Position numbers and translations under genes: made by a program. Positions 62,385 through 64,000 of a stretch of 64,000 nt of DNA are shown here, piece by piece; within the stretch, counting starts at the first letter, position 1; each line of letters starts with the position of its first letter. The stretch covers positions 27,523,684-27,587,683 of the forward strand of contig NC_092388.1 in NCBI RefSeq assembly GCF_030028105.1. The letters are read 5' to 3'. Origin of the DNA: Mobula birostris. Lineage: Eukaryota. Below the pieces are notes generated by a model. The model saw only the letters and a program-made list of their open reading frames with translations, was not told the DNA's origin and ran no database searches.

Positions 62385-62660
62385 AAACACACTGCCAAGG
62401 ATCCAGGTATGCTGTCTGTGGGAAGTCTGTATGCTGTCCCTGTGACCACATGGATTTTCTTACATATCCAAACCCATGTAAGTTGGTAGATTAATTGGCC
62501 ACTGTCAATTGGTGTGTAAGAAAATGTTAGAGCTTTACAAAAGACTAAGAGAAAATGATGAGAATAAAACAAGGAATTTATTATGAATTGGTGTAAAATA
62601 GGTGGTTAGCAACTCAAAGGGCCAAAGGGCATGCTATAGTTCTCTCTGACTCAATGACTG
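62385..62660 (+). mobile_element. Degraded V-SINE
   Basis: CTGTCTGTGGGAAGTCTGTATGCTGTCCCTGTGACCACATGGATTTTC core and CR1-like tail GGGCCAAAGGGC. Confidence 0.55.
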
Positions 62661-63349
62661 GATTGTCTCTCTGTGAAGGATATCTCTTACTGTTGCCAGT
62701 CTGCCCCTTAGCTATATAATTTACTTCTAGTTGGCCTCTAATATGGGGTTTCAACCCCTTTGGCTGTTGGCAATTGAAGACGGTCAATAAAAGGTCCTGT
62801 GGTGGCCATATTTTATGTATTTCCTATGACCTTGAAAGTAGTTTGACTGGTTCTGATATCTAAGAAGATTTTAATAAGGAGCCAAGTCAGTAAACATTAT
62901 TTTTTAGAGAGTGGATTTTTCTATTGTCTCGCAGAATCCCCAAGGGTTCCAAAAGGATCAAATTATAGTAGAGCCAGACTGTATTTTAGGCTACCATGCA
63001 AAACACATGTAATTGTAGATTGATGGACTGTTTTGTTTCTTACATACTCTCATCTATTGCCTATTTGAGGATGTTACAGCCTCTTGGACTTCATATTTAG
63101 TAATGCTTATATACTTAAGTGCTAACACCATCCTGACTGATAGCTAGCAAAGTGAAGGGTATTTTAATGCTTAAATCAAGGTTAGAATTGGACCCTGAAG
63201 ATCAGGAGAATGGGTTCCTTTTAATTATTATGCGTGGCCGCCTTCATAAAGTGACCCTCTGTGAGAAACTTCTTTTATTTAGGAGAGAACTTGCTTATTT
63301 TTGATTGCCTTTCAGAATAGAATCAGGGCATTAAGTTGGTCATCTTTTC

Positions 63350-63470
63350 AAAGTTCAAAGTAAATTTTTTATCAAACTTTATGCCGCCATATAAAACGCT
63401 GAGATTTATTTTCTTGCAGGCATACTCAATAAATCCAATAACCATAATAGGATCAATGGAAAGCTGCACC
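63350..63470 (-). mobile_element. Rex1-like tail stub
   Basis: AAGTTCAAAGTAAATTTTTTATCAAAC...CTGAGATTTATTTTCTTGCAGG, matching 28940-29030. Confidence 0.6.
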
Positions 63471-64000
63471 AAAAGGGAAAGAAGCTAAATTCACCATTGC
63501 TTTTTCAGAATGGTTTTTGTGTTTTGACTGGACTGTTATACCAGAGACTTGGACAAATGAGACTCAAGTCTGAACATGTTATAAGCAGCTGTGTAATAAA
63601 TTCAGGCTGTTAAATAAATAAAAATGCCAGAGCCTCTGTTGTCACAACAAGAATAAAGCAGCTCATTCATGAATGTTATTCCGATAAGTAAATCTACCAT
63701 TTTACCTACCCTAAAACCTGGCCAGTTGGATAGCAACGTGCTTCACTTTTAACTCTCCTTCTGGGTGGTTTAGCAAGCCATTTAATACAAAGACAATTGG
63801 GATGGGTATGAAATACCAAAAAAGGCCAGCAGATGGATCAATATAATGTATATAAGAAAGTCAGAACAAATTGCATTGTGATTTCCTGGTCTTCACTGAG
63901 ATTTACATGCTGAGATATGAGTTAGTTTAGTAAAATTAAGAAAAGTTATAGTCTCAGACTTTCTGCTTTTGCACTATCAGTGCACCTGGGATAAGTTAGA

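Overview
Vertebrate (not prokaryotic) genomic DNA, very probably from a cartilaginous fish such as a ray or shark. That is an inference from the repeat mix: HER1-like CR1 LINEs, V-SINE/HE1-like and Deu-domain SINEs, and Penelope termini. The only host coding sequence I can support is one 168-nt phase-1/1 exon at 32146-32313 (+) of a type II classical cadherin, most like CDH12 (second half of EC2). I found no neighbouring exon, so both flanking introns appear to exceed 31 kb. Most of the rest is decayed, often nested, transposable elements. These include CR1, Rex1/Babar, L1/Tx1, L2, RTE and Nimb/I LINE fragments; two Tc1 IR/DR copies, one full length; three Gypsy copies, one full length with a PNMA-type gag; Penelope pieces with hammerhead-ribozyme relics; and SINEs. 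The best candidate for something undescribed is a set of non-autonomous, 5'-intact retroposons with no tRNA head, a YY1-like AAGATGGCG head and LINE-type 3' tails. Also notable are a perfect double templated insertion at a CR1/CR1 junction and several multi-layer nested insertions. All family names come from motif recognition by eye, not database searches. Boundaries without TSDs or TIRs are approximate.
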